From Octopus bimaculoides (lineage: Eukaryota), in contig NC_068998.1 in assembly GCF_001194135.2 (NCBI RefSeq), positions 28,724,170 to 28,788,169 of the forward strand: a stretch of DNA of 64,000 nt, given 5' to 3'. The translations under genes and the position numbers were made by a program. Under the pieces are notes generated by a model. The model was given only the letters and a program-made list of their open reading frames with translations, ran no database searches and was not told the origin of the DNA. Below, one piece after another: positions 1 through 13,310 of this stretch. Within the stretch, counting starts at the first letter, position 1; every line of letters begins with the position of its first letter.

Positions 1-389
1 ATAAACCTGTCGCCTAGCCTCCCTTCTGGCACATTGGTACAATTCCCTGCTACCACCGTTCTTCCAGTCCTTCCAAGCTTGTTTCTTTTGTCTAATAGCC
101 CTGTCTACCTCCTTGTTCCACCACCACGTTACTCTGGGTTGGGAGGAGACCTTACACCACCCACAAATCTGGTCGGTGGCTTTCAACAGGTTGTCCCGCA
201 GAAATCTCCAATTGTCTTCCACGTTGTATGATGCTATATCCCCTTCTATTTCGTTAAATGCTTCAAGTAACTTGTCTCTAAGTCTCTGTCCGTTTGCAGG
301 GTCTTTAAGCTTCCACACCCTTCTTCTCCAAGCCTGTCTAATTCTGGGCACCCATTTTGCCTTGATCCCAAAGTCGCTAACTACTAAAG
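1..389 (-). mobile_element. RTE-clade LINE ORF fragment (end of AP-endonuclease plus linker), runs off the left edge
   Basis: Manual translation gives 129 stop-free codons, LVVSDFGIK...WKLKDP...TWWWNKEVDRAIRQKKQAWKDW...ARREARRQVY, typical of the RTE EN-RT linker. Not in the ORF track because it has no start codon. Confidence 0.9.
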
Positions 390-740
390 TAAAATATGAC
401 TATCTATGACCAACTTCGTCAACTTCTCAACAACTCAACTTCCTACATCACAGTATTTGTAACAACTAGTACATACTGCTCGTCACGTTGGCGGAGTATT
501 CCATTATTGTTATTATTATCCCATGGTCATTATAATAATCATAATTTCAAGTTAAAAAAATATTTGCATGTAAAAATAATTGTGGCAAGTCTGACATAAA
601 TAGATACTAATACTCACAGGAGTTCAGAAACGGTTACTACTTGGCTTTGTAAAGTTAGATGATGTACAAATGACAATTGTCACAGGTCAATTGGCTTCAA
701 TTTTTATAATTCTTTTTAAAATAATGATGATGATAATAAT

Positions 741-918
741 CCTTTAAACTATGGGCACAAGGCTTGAAATTTTGTGGGGAGGGGACTAGTCAATTACATT
801 GACCCTAAAAGGATGAAAGGCAAAGTCAATCTTGGCAGAATTTGAACTCAGAACGTAAAAACAGACAAAATGCCACTAAACATTTTTCCCAGCATGCTAA
901 CGATTCTGCCAGCTCACT
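741..918 (-). mobile_element. SINE copy, family with GTGAGCTGGCAGAATCG head
   Basis: Similar by eye to the plus-strand copies at ~38770-38965 and ~57785-57955. Confidence 0.65.
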
Positions 919-3551
919 GCATGATAGTAATAATATTAATATAGAGTTGGGTTGAAGTACTAATAGCTTGGAATAGTAGTGGATGTCTACAGTAAAGTTA
1001 GCCAATGATGGAATATGTCTAGGAAAAAATTAGCTTGCAGGAGGCTCAACTTCACATTTAAAATGCAAGGCAATCTTTTTGAGCAATTTTTTCAGGAAAT
1101 AAGTGTGTCATAAACATCTTATATCCTATCAAATATGGTAACTATCTTTAGCTAGTTAAGAAACTTCTAAAATAGTAAAGAGATTTCTATATAAACACAT
1201 TGATGGAAAAACTAAGCTCAAAGAAAACAGGCTAGGTAATCACAAAAGAAGTGTACCTCGAGAGAGCCTCTACAGGGTCATACTGTATGTTAGAAACAGC
1301 AGCCAAATGCTCAACTGTCTTAAAAAAGGAAAAGAACACTGTTGTTTTAAACATGGAAAAAAAAATATCCAAAAGATGGTATATTGAAAAACTATGGCTG
1401 GAATGTAGTGATCATGCTGATTCCAAACTGGCCAGATGCTAAATTATAACAGCAACAGCATTTTAAAATATTTTTCTTTCATACAAATTATTTAAGAAGT
1501 AATACAACATGTTAACTTAACAGACAATAACCATTCTGAAACAAACTAGGTATGAACTGGAATCAATTCTGGAGACTAATTGTCAAGTGTAATAATAGGT
1601 TTATTGAATATTGGAGAAACCTTATATTTGAAATGCCACTCTTTTATGTGGAAATGCTATAGTGTGATAATGTTGGTATTTACAAGTTTTGACAATCAGC
1701 CACACACCCTGTTAATGAATTATTACAAATTAATGCAGCTATCAAAACAACAATTTAGTAAATCTAATTTGAGAAAGCAAGATTGGATTGGCAGAATTGG
1801 TAGAGTGTCAGACAAAATATCTTGTGGTGGTTGGTAAAGTTCTGAGTCCAAATTTCACTCTGATAAACTATGATGTTCCTCCTTCTTAGTTCAATAAAAT
1901 ATGCAACAGACTGGGGTTGATATAATCTGCTAAAACGTTTGTTGGTGACACCTCAAAATAACTGTAATCCCATGACTGAAGCCTACAAAAGATTAAAAGA
2001 ATATCGTTTTGAACTATTCAAGATTGAAATCATACTAAATATTATAAAGACAACTATATGTTCATTACTATTTCAGCTACAACTTTTGGTTTATATCTCT
2101 CCAGAGACCATTGTAATCCAGTAGATCAGTGCTTATTACTGGTTTGAGACATCAAATGGATAGGAGGCACATCCCTGTATATAACAATACCCCAGTCTAT
2201 CATTACAGGCTTTGAATATTGTTGGTCGTTGCATAACACATTAACCATTGGAATATTTTATGAGCAACTTGTGAAGGATTGAGCCAAAAGGTTTGTGTGA
2301 TGATGAATTTGATGAAATTATTTGTACAGGGGTAATGATTAGATGAATTGTAATGATGCAGAAGTAGAATGCCCCACCACCACCACCACACACATTAAAG
2401 CTGTTTGCCACTGGCTATTGATGAGTGTGTTGAATGAAACACGATCTGGCACTAAAAAGACAATGAATGACAATAGTTATATTATGGAAGTAATATTTCT
2501 GCAAGTAATCGTAATTTTTAAAGTCTCTAAAGAATTTCATGATAGAAGTATCTTGCTAAATTCTGTTTCCTTAAAGGTAAAAGACTGGATGCAAAAGTAC
2601 ATGATAAATAAATCACTGAACAAATCTTTATTTTAAAAAGAATTCACTTCTTGAGGCTAATTCATTTGTTATATATAAGTTTTGAAACCAAAATATAACC
2701 ACATATGAGGATTAAAATAAAAATAGAGGTTTTGATCAAGTTCTTTGTGATGCTTATTTGTATGGTACTAACATTTCTGTGAAATGGTAAAAAATTAAAT
2801 ATTTCAAAATGTTTTTAATAAACATTTCTTACAACCTGTAATAATAACTAATTATCAATTCTTTGATTTTTCTCATCATTGTAATTAATAAGAACTCAAT
2901 TTCAATCTAATTTCAACAGATTCTTTAGACAAATCACTACTTGAAGCCTTCAGTCTCTTGCAAACAAAAAGTCTACATTGAAATATTAGTTTTCAGATAT
3001 TTTAAAAATATTTGCTTATATTTAAGACTTTGAAGGAAAGTCATTAATTTGAAAATATTCTTTCAAATTAGTTTTATAAATAGAACAATTTTCTTTTTCC
3101 AGTTGATAAACAAAATCTATAAATGTTAACTAATTTGTAATGCCCCCTTTTGGAGAGGTTTTTTTAATGTTTCCAATGGTAATATTTGAATATTTGTTAA
3201 AACAACTACAAGATATCAAGTTGATATTTTGTTTCAATCTTAATTCTGTCTCTACAGTTTTTCTTTAAAGACCAACATTATGCGTATTGTTATATAACAA
3301 AATATAGTTGTCATTAAAATCTTAATGATATTTACTTCTTCTCAGTTTCTAAATTTGTTCATAATATTTTGTTAATTTTTATAAAATTGATCTTTCATCT
3401 GCAGAGCGAAAAAAGTTATTTACAAAAACACAAAAATTAATATGTCTCTGTTTTATAGAAAACCAAACTTGAAGTTTTGACATTAGAATATGTGTTATCT
3501 ACACTCTACAGATGATAATTTTACCAGTTTCTCTTGTACTAAAATTAAAAG

Positions 3552-4735
3552 TATCGAGTTGGTCAAAAAGTCCATTCAGTTTTTGTTGACACTAAACTTC
3601 AAGCACTCTAATAAGTAGCTAATTTCAGTCTACCCCTTGCACACTCATTTGATACTTGACACTTCAACATAGTTTGACATGAACTTGCAACAGGACAGGT
3701 CATATTTTGTGTGCTTGGCATCACCTTGAAAATGGAGAACCAAATCAAACATTATCAGCACCTCATACTTTTTCTATTTCAGAAAGGCAAAAAGCAGTGG
3801 AAAGCTGCAGAAAAAACATGTAATGTGTACAGAGATTATGCTTTTATGAAACGTGTGCCAGAAGTGGTTTTCAAGATTTTGATTTGGAAATTTTTCAGTT
3901 CAACTGAGATTAATGGCTGTCCAACTGAGATTAATGACTGTCAAACTGAGATCAATGACTGTCCAACTGAGATTAATGGCAACAACATGAAGAAGCTAAA
4001 CATTATCAGGATGGCTGTAGATATATTCCAAATAACCAAATCGAATGATGCAAACCATCTGTGTCAACTTGCTTACATCTGCAGGCTCAATGTTTAGAGG
4101 AAATGATTTTAAGCGAATGGTGACAGAAGACAAAAAATGAATCAGCTATAACAATGTGAAGTAGAGATGACCATGGGGTAAGCATAGCAAACTATCACAA
4201 ACAACCTCCAAAGCAGGGCTTCACCCAAAGAAGATTATGCTTTCAATCTGGTGGGATTGGGAGAGTGTTGTCTTTTATGATCTTCTTCCTATGGACAGGA
4301 CCATCAATTTGGATGTGTACTGTAACTGGTCAGACAAATTAAATGCAGCAATTTAGTAGAAGTGTCATTGCAATGTCAGACTGAACACTTATTTGCAGTC
4401 ACAGTAGAAGTTACTAAGGCTTGGCTGGGAAGTTTTGTTGCACTCTCCATATTCACCCAATCTTGTGCCTTCAGATTTCCACCTGTTTCAGTCTCTTCAA
4501 AATTCATGGAATGGACAGACCTTCAACTCTGAAGAAGGTGTCAAAATTCACTTGTAAAAGTTTTTACCAGTAAAGACAGGAAATTCTTTGAGCAGGAAAT
4601 AATGGATCAATCCACAAGGTAGCAGGAGATACTGGAACAAAACAGTAACTATATTCTTAAATTGCTTTGTGTTTAAAACTTGCATCATTTTTGTTTAGAA
4701 AAAAAAAAGGAATGGACTTTTTGACCTCCCCAATA
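3552..4735 (+). mobile_element. Decayed mariner transposon with both TIRs
   Basis: Left TIR TATCGAGTTGGTCAAAAAGTCCATTC matches the reverse complement of GAATGGACTTTTTGACCTCCCCAATA. Remnant motifs MENQIKHYQHLILFLFQKG, PKKIMLSIWWDWESV and HSPYSPNLVPSDFHLF, with stops and frameshifts. Confidence 0.9.
3901..3980 (+). repeat. 21-bp tandem repeat (~4 copies) inside the mariner ORF
   Basis: CAACTGAGATTAATG(G/A)CTGTC units encoding TEIN(G/D)C(P/Q). Confidence 0.9.
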
Positions 4736-5554
4736 ATATCTTAATCCTTAATTGTCTATGTTTCCGAGAGGAAACAAGATGCAGCTTTATTGAGTGAAAC
4801 TGCTACATGTCTTGAAAGAGACTGTTGACATGCATTACATCAATTGCATTTCCAAAGCACTCTGAAATAATATTTTGGTTTTTATTGACTAAGAAGTGAT
4901 AGATATATTGTGTGTGCAATCAGCTATGATGCTGAGAATTAGGTTTTCTTGCTGATTTTTGATAAAAAGATTGAAAATTATTTATGACTGAAATACTTCA
5001 AGATGAACCACACATACATTTTGCAAATAATTAATTCAAATATAATTTATTTATTTTAACCTAATTTTATGCTGATGAATGCCAATAGAGTTTTTCTTTT
5101 TCTTTATACTTTGGTCATTATATCTTCTGCATGAGTTGACATTGATGTATTTATTAAGAGATTATTCAGAATTTTATTGATTGTAACATATAATATGGAG
5201 GCCTGTTGAATGGTATCATTTATGTGCAATATAATGGTGGATTTTACAGGCATTTATGGGAAGTTGTTTCTATTGTGTATTTGAAAAGATGGAGATTTGT
5301 TGTGGTCTATATGGAAGGTGTATAAGTGAGTTTTTATGATAATGTTTGTATAATATGTGGTTTTTAGAGAGTTTAGTATGTTTAATGGTTACTGATGTAT
5401 TAGTTTGTCATTGGATTTTGTTTATTATGTGTAACATAGTGTGACTGCATTCTGCTTTAGTGATAATTTTGTTTGCCATTATTTGGCTTTAAACTTGTTT
5501 CAAGTGAACACATTCTCTATATTCAGGTGACAGGTTCTCTGTATGTTTAAATAT

Positions 5555-5886
5555 CAATGTCTGCAGTTAGATATTGTAACAGGTATAACAGTATCAAGAA
5601 GTCAAGAAGACTTAGATAATTGTGCCAGAAGGTCAAATGTCAGATTAAATAAGAAGGCCAGATGTCATAACAGATATAACAGTATCAGGAAATCAGATGT
5701 CAAGTTGGACAACTTTATCTTGGTCAATAGTGGTGTCCAGAGATTAGCTGTTGAATTAGATAAATGTAGCAAGAAGCCATGTGTCAAGTTAGAAAATAAT
5801 ATCAAGAGATCAAATGTCAAGTTAGAAAGTAGTGTTAGAGAGGGCAGATTTTAGTTAAAAAACAGTTTCAGGATGTCAACTGCATG
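5555..5886 (+). repeat. Degenerate 33-bp (11-codon) tandem repeat ending at a GTAAGT donor
   Basis: Translated units SQEDLDNCARR / LAVELDKCSKK / PCVKLENNIKR / SNVKLESSVRE / GRF*LKNSFRM; ATG|GTAAGT junction at 5886/5887. Confidence 0.6.
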
Positions 5887-7448
5887 GTAAGTTCTCTGCA
5901 AATGAGCCTTACACCAAATGTATCAGGAAATGTTGGGGTGAAAATTTTATAAGAGATCCTCATAAATATCTTCTATTTTAATTTAACCTTTTTATTTCTA
6001 ATTATTCACCATATTTCTGGCATAAAAATTCAGTGTTGACAGTCCACTTGGGTCTTAATACATCATTTTCTGTTTTCCAAAGAGAATTAGTTTTGATAAG
6101 GTTGTTATCATTCTACAGTTGATTTATCTTTTTTTTTCTTCTTCTTTTAATTAAGTCATAGGAATATGTTTATATTCAGAATCTAGTGGTCTTTTACAGC
6201 AAGTGTTGCCTGTACCTTGATGAGGCTATTGCAACGGTGACATATGTTCATGTCATCCACAAAAGTCTTAATATAGCTGCTAGCAGCTATATTGAAACTA
6301 TTTATAACACTAAATTCCACTGACATGTTTGAAAGATTTGGTTCTGACTCATATGATTGGTGGAAGGTGTCTTTCACTAATGCTGATAGGAAAAAAACAT
6401 CTTATGAAATGAAAATAGCAGTTTCCAAAGCTACATGTATAAGCAGGTTTATTATATCCAATGTTAAAACTGAAGATTTATATCTCCTACAGATATTGAT
6501 CTAAATTTGATTACTTCTTTCTTTCATCTAAAAAATGTAGAATAAAATATTGCCATGTTTGTATTAGTAACTCAGAAAATAGACAGATCATTTGAGGATA
6601 TTCACTTAGTAAATTACATTTTTGATTTTATTAATGAGAATAGAAAATTTTGTGAAGTGGACATCTTTATCATTGAAATCAATCCCTTTCCATAAAAAAG
6701 AAAAAATAGCAATATCAAACTTGTGAAGAGTTGCTGATCAATATTTCTAGAAAATCAGAATACTAGACTACAATGACAGAGCCACTACATATGTTAATCA
6801 ACAAGACCTTACCCACTCAAATCCTGACTAACATTTAAATGTGACTGCAATGTTGAACACTAGTTGCTTGAGAATAAGAAAAGTAATAAGTAAGAGTATA
6901 TGGCTAGATAGGAAGGAATATTAGGTTTACATGTGTCAACAAGATTATTCACCAGAGATAAGCTGGAGCCTGATATATCTTGTCTAATATCTAAGAAAGC
7001 AATGTCAAACAAAGCAGATTCTGTGAATGGTTAATTAAACAATGGCTTCCATATTAGCATGTCAGCTCTCAAACAACCCAAAATCTGGAAAATACCATCT
7101 GAAATTGCACTATTCTTTTATTTGTTTATTTAATTTATTTATCAAGTTGTAAATAATAGCATTGTAGGTTACCAGTTTCCAATGGGTTGATCAGTTTACT
7201 GAATTTTTGATGGTAACATATAAAAGAGAATGTTAGTTTTTTTTTTTCCTTTGTTTCTTACTGATGTTTATATTTTTTGCCAAAATACTTCAGCCTCATA
7301 CAACATATAATATATGAAGGCATGTTAAATGGAGATTAAGACATCATCTGATATAGAATTGAATACGAAATATAGTGTCAAAAGTATGTAGTTTTATATA
7401 TTGCAAGAAATTGTGACAGTTACTCATATATATATATAAATATTTAGC

Positions 7449-7906
7449 AGAAGTAACAGAGTAACTCAGAGTCTGAGAGTTTCATACGTTGGCACTTATT
7501 AAACTAGTTTAAGTCTCTCCGTTACTTGAGGCTTACATAAGTTAGATTTTTTCCATTCTGAAGTGGGTTTTTCCAATTTTTCCAATTTTTTTTCATCACA
7601 GACTTTGAAATGATGGGGGAAAGCTTTTTATGAAAAAAAATTTTTGAAAATTTATGATTTCCTCTGCCCATCAGGACCGATTTTGGTCAATTTTTTTGCA
7701 TTATGCACTTAAAAATGATGGGAAAAATTGGAAAAGTCTCTGTCAAAAGGCAGAAAACCCAACTTCTGTGAGTATCCTTATCTGAAACTTTGTTGTAATT
7801 TTTTTTTATTAATAATCAGCAAAAGTTACAAAGTGACTGAGAGTTTCATGGATTGGCACCTATTAATGCATGAAACTCTTGACTCTTCAGCTACTCTGTA
7901 ACTTCG
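7449..7906. mobile_element. MITE-like element with ~40-bp imperfect inverted ends
   Basis: GAAGTAACAGAGTAACTCAGAGTCTGAGAGTTTCAT is inverted relative to ATGAAACTCTTGACTCTTCAGCTACTCTGTAACTTC. No clear TSD. Confidence 0.55.
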
Positions 7907-7964
7907 ACCAATTATTAATTTAAAAACAAAAAACGTATATATACTCATGTTATATATATACATA

Positions 7965-8097
<133 letters not shown>

Positions 8098-8743
8098 TAT
8101 CTTTAATATCTTTAAGAGAGCATATTTTTACATTGATTTTATATCATTATTTCATATATCCTTATAATATATATGCACTAATATACACATGGCATGCAGG
8201 TGGAGTAGTGTGTGCAGAATATCTGAAGATGGTTATTTCACTCTTTAAGTATGATTTAAGGGAAATTTGGCTGCTATTGAAAGGAATGCTATGTGCATTA
8301 TTAAAGTAGACTAGGACTATTACTGAATATACTTTTCATGTTTATTGTTACTGCAATTATTACATGCTATGCATGGGTTTTCTTCAATTATTGTAAAATC
8401 CCCAGGTTATTCCTGACATTTTAGTGAGTCCATCAGGTACAGTTGTTTCATTGGAAAATCCTACAAATTATGCTCTGAAAGTCTGGAATCTTTATAGTGG
8501 TTGCAATAGATTTGTATCATTTGTTCTTTGTGTTACTGGACAAATACTTTATTCAGTATCTGAAAGTATTAGTGAATGTAAATGAAATAATATTAATTTC
8601 AAAAGAAACTGTTAAAATTGTCATTATGAAAAAGTTAATGAACTTAAAGTAAAAGAAATATATGTATCTGGATGAGTATTTGTTTTTGGATCTATTGCTG
8701 TTCATTATTATGTGCCTGCTGAATCGTTGTTTTTTGATGGAGG

Positions 8744-9844
8744 TCATCATCATTATCATCATCGTTTAATGTCCAGTTTCCATGCTGGCATGGGTTGGAT
8801 GGTTTGACTGAGGACTGGCAAACCAGGAGGATGCACCAGGCTCCAATCTGATCTGGCAACGTTTCTACAGCTGGATGCCCCTCCTAACGCCAACCACTCC
8901 GAGAGTGTAGTGGGTACTTTTACGTGCCACTGGCATGAGGGCCAGTCACACGGTACTGGCAACAGCCACATTCAAATAGTGCTTTTTACATGCTACTCAG
9001 GTGGCATTGGCGTTGGCCACGACAACGATTTCACTTGACTCAACAGGTCTTCTCAAGCACTGCATATTGCCTGACGATTGAATGGGCTAGTTATGCGACA
9101 CTGACATAGGCCATGGCTACAATCTCACTTGGCTTGCTGGGTCTTCTCAAGCACAGCATATCTCCAAATGTTTCGGTCGCTTGTCATTGCCTCTGTGTGG
9201 CCCAACGTTTGAAGGTTGTGCTTCACCACCTCATCCCAGGTCTTCCTGGGTCTACCTTTTCCACAGGTTCCCTCCACTGCTAGGGTGTGACACTTCTTCA
9301 CACAGCTGTCCTCATCCAAATATAACACATAACCATACCAGTGCAGTCGTCTCTCTTGCACACCATACCTGATGCTTCTTATGTCCAACTTTTCTCTCAG
9401 GGTGCTTGCACTCTGATGTGTATGCACACTGACATTATACATCCAACGGAGCATACTAGCTTCAATTCTTTCAAGCCTACACATGTCCTCAGCAATCACA
9501 GCCCATGATTCACTGCCGTGTAGATAGCTGTTCACACGAATGTATCATACAGTCTACCTTTCCCTCTGAGTGAGAGGCCCTGTGTTACCAGCAGAGGAAG
9601 GATCTCTCTGAACTTTGCCCAAGCTATTTTTATTCTAGCAGTTATACCCTCAGAGCATCTATCCCCGCTACTGACTTGGTCCCCTAAGTAACAGAAGCTA
9701 TCAACTACTTCTAGTTTTTCCCCCTGGTATGTGATGGAAGCTGTTTTCTGCACATTTCAGTGTTTATTGCCCCTGTGCATCTTCCACACGCAAAAACTAT
9801 CTTCTCAGTTAACCTTCCTTTGATATTGCTGCACCTCTTATGTG
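8744..9844 (-). mobile_element. 5'-truncated RTE LINE (RT C-terminus, 3' UTR, (ATG)n tail)
   Basis: EKLEVVDSFCYLGDQV...RIKIAWAKFRE...LHGSESWAV...GRPRKTWDEVV; simple-repeat tail at the left end. Confidence 0.92.
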
Positions 9845-10900
9845 ACTTTGTAAATGTAGGACCATTATTTCAACATTAGTCAAGTGGATAGCTGTTATAA
9901 TTTTCCTGAGTCTTTAGGGAAATATCTTTTACATTTTTCATCAACCATGCATGTTGTATTGGGTTTATTACTTACATGGACCATGTAGCATGCTCTTGGC
10001 GACATGTTGAAATAGAGGCAGTTGTGTTTGTGGATTTGGAAGTTCTGCATAAACAAACTTTTCATAATGTTCTGGATCTAACATTCTTTGTTTAATATAA
10101 ACAACATATGACAATGGGGAAATCCATGCTTTTGAAACTCTATAGTCTACATGTACCCTAAAGTCTTTCCCAAAATGTTCTTCCAAATATCATGTAAGAG
10201 ATCCCTAAGTTTCATATTAAATACTTTATCAGTTAAGTCAGGTCTGTTAGCCAGTCTGTGATTTTTCTTTCCATTGGGAATTACAGGTGAAAGTGACGAA
10301 GAAATTTGGTTTTTCTAATATTTGAACAATCACCATCAAGTCTTGGTGTAATTTTTGCATCCATTGTGGGCCTCCTATGAATGCTAGTAGTATGATTACT
10401 CTTTTGCTAATATTTGAGCTATGGGAATACATGTAATCATGAATATTTTGTTAAATCTATGCCCTGATGTTTTTGATTATATCGATTCAACTGTAACCTT
10501 CAATCTTGGAATACATATCACAGTAATATTCTTGAGCTGAACCACCTGAGTTGTGAAGGAAATGGAAATAATGTTCCCAAACCATGAGCCTACTTTTGTA
10601 AAAATCCATTTCTGATATTTTATGACCCTTACCTCCAACATCAAAAGTCGACCCTTTATCCCCTACCACCAAATGGAAATAGCAATGAGAACCATCGTGG
10701 GTCATAATTTGAAAGCACTGAATTGATTGTTGAAAGGAACACACCTTTTACACAGTGTCAGAAGTTTTTGTGGTTGTATTGTTTCTAAACATCTGGCATA
10801 ATTACTGCAACTTCTGTAGCTAGACAATTGCATGTTTGGTTACCAGCTACAGGAATGTATTTGTTTTTTGGAATAACCATTGAGAACTTTTGTGTATTAA
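9845..10900 (-). mobile_element. Decayed Helitron RepHel fragment (Rep domain)
   Basis: ISEMDFYKSRLM...QEYYCDMYSKIE, FIGGPQWMQKLHQD...KPNFFVTFTCNSQW and AELPNP...SMLHGPC correspond to conserved Helitron Rep blocks; many stops. Confidence 0.85.
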
Positions 10901-11239
10901 CAGTGCCTAAATACTCTGCTCTGTTATTTTGCTGAGGAGGTCAAGACTTTTTGAGAACCTTACATTGCTAGAGGATCCTGTACTTTATCATCTCATCTCT
11001 TAAGCTCCGAGTTATGCAATCAGCCCTCAACACTTCATCACAAGTCTTTCAGTAAAGTGTGGTTTAAGGGAGATTTGGCTGCCGTTTCTAGCATGTTGAG
11101 CGACCATATAGAGATTTTACTCACTGATGATGTGTGTCTGGTGGATCCGGGCTGACATACTCATTTGAAATGTTTTTAATTATGCTAATATAATGTGCAT
11201 TTATAAAACAAAGAAAAATTACTGCCTAAATACTGCCAA

Positions 11240-11321
<82 letters not shown>

Positions 11322-12639
11322 CAAACATATATTCACATTATTGTCACCCTTTTGATGCGAATTGAATGAATGTGCAGTAATACAATAAGTGAAGCAAACT
11401 GATATATAGATGTATAATAGCAATGTAATCTTAGTGTTTCTTGTGTTGAAAAGAAAATGAACGCATGCAAAGCATGCAAACAGTTGAAAATGTAAAATTT
11501 AAAGCAGACAACTATAAAATGAAATCTTGCAAAGCTGTTGTTAACAGAACGTGTATTCTTAAAAAACAATGATGAATAAATGAAAATAATTAAATGTTAA
11601 AAAGACAATGAAACAGAAGCTGTAATAATTGTTTCTAATATAGGTACAATGACTAACATAAGCTGTAATAAGAAGAAAAACTTCAACACAAAACGTTGTC
11701 AGCAAAGAAAACAGGCTTAAAACATAATATTATTAGTATTAAAAATGCAAGAAGAAAACACACTATTACTGATAATAAATTAAAAAACAAAATGCTATGA
11801 AAAATTTTGAATGGCTTTTGTAGACATGTTTGAATATTCAATACATTGCCAAGTAGAAATTAAAAGAAAAATATGTTACTTGCACAAACTGAACTCCAGT
11901 CTTGGGGATTTCCCTCAGGGCAGGACCCAGTATGAAGGGACTCATTATGCATGCATTACTGGAAGAGCATAGTAAGCATATTTTTTTAAATATGTGGTAG
12001 ATATATATATATAAAACTTTAAAAGCCAGTGTATAGCCTGAGGTGAATTTATTAGTCCAAGAACATTAGTTTTTAATATTACTAGTTTATAAGCTAATGG
12101 CATTGTATAGCAATAACCAACTGATCAATCTGAAGAATAATTTCAGATTAAGAAATATGAATCTTTACAAATCGTAAATTCATAGTGAAGTGAATATGTT
12201 TATCATCAAAATAAGGTGGGGTGGACTCAGAGAATTTCGATAATGTGGTGTGACGAATTTCACATATAAAAACCCAAATGCAGAAAGACCTATTGTATTT
12301 TAACAATATCAAGGTTATTTTCAAATTATGAATTGAATAAATAAAAATTAATAACAACAAATAAATCTTTCTTGTTATTAGTGGTTTATCATAATGACAA
12401 TTAAAATGAAGTTGAAAGGCTGTCAAAGATCTATCAAAACAGACAACCAACCTTTGTAGTCATGCATCTCTGTTATTGTGAACAATTGTACCTCAAGGAA
12501 ACATAACTGGTCTTGTTATCACAACCCCTCAAGATGTTGCAGCCACAATGAAAATAAATGAAATACGAAAATGGGTTCATTATCAGCAAAAAATTAGTTA
12601 GACAAAGGCGAAAATTTGAGGAAATTTTTAAAACAGTAG

Positions 12640-13310
12640 CTAAAGATGAGTACGCAAATAGAGGTCAAAATTAGATACAGCGATATTAAATTGGATAGAA
12701 AACCAAGACAGAAAGGCATGATGGTGATGAAGTCTCCCATCTGTCTTCAACCATTAAAATAAGCCAATAAGAAGAAACAGCTGTCTGGAGACTTTAAAGT
12801 AACAATGGGTTGGTGTTCAAGATATAGGAAGCAAGAGAATTTGATATTGAGACAAAGGATTTTGAAAAAAAATAACCAAGTTCCAGAGTTTCATAATATG
12901 CAAAAATGACGTGAATAATGTTTTTTGACATCGTCAGCAATTGAACAGTCAATGTAGTAGGAGCAAAAAGTTTTCTCACCAAGACAATGAGGGCATGGAA
13001 AACAGCATCTCACTGTAGTATTACCATGGGCAGCAGAAGGCACAAAATTACCTCACATGGTAATTTATCTTTTAAGTGGAAAATAAGGCCAAAGAAAAAT
13101 ATCTACCCTCCGGGTAGATATTTTTCTTAGTAGTCCATGCTCAAGAGAAAGGGTAGAGGATGATAGTTGAATTAAATGGATTTCTAATGTATGAGCTTGT
13201 GGGCCATGTGAATTATTAAAACCACCATCACTACTGGTGTGGGACATGTTTAAATCCCACATGTCTGACCATCCGAAGAAGAACCAAAAATGCTGAAACA
13301 CCAATGCTGC
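12640..13310 (+). mobile_element. Decayed pogo/Tigger-like transposase fragment
   Basis: Manual translation: LDTAILNWIEN (CENP-B-type HTH), FKVTMGWCSR, GHGKQHLTVVLPWAAEGTKLPHMVI and LLKPPSLLVWDMFKSH resemble pogo DDD-domain motifs. Confidence 0.7.
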
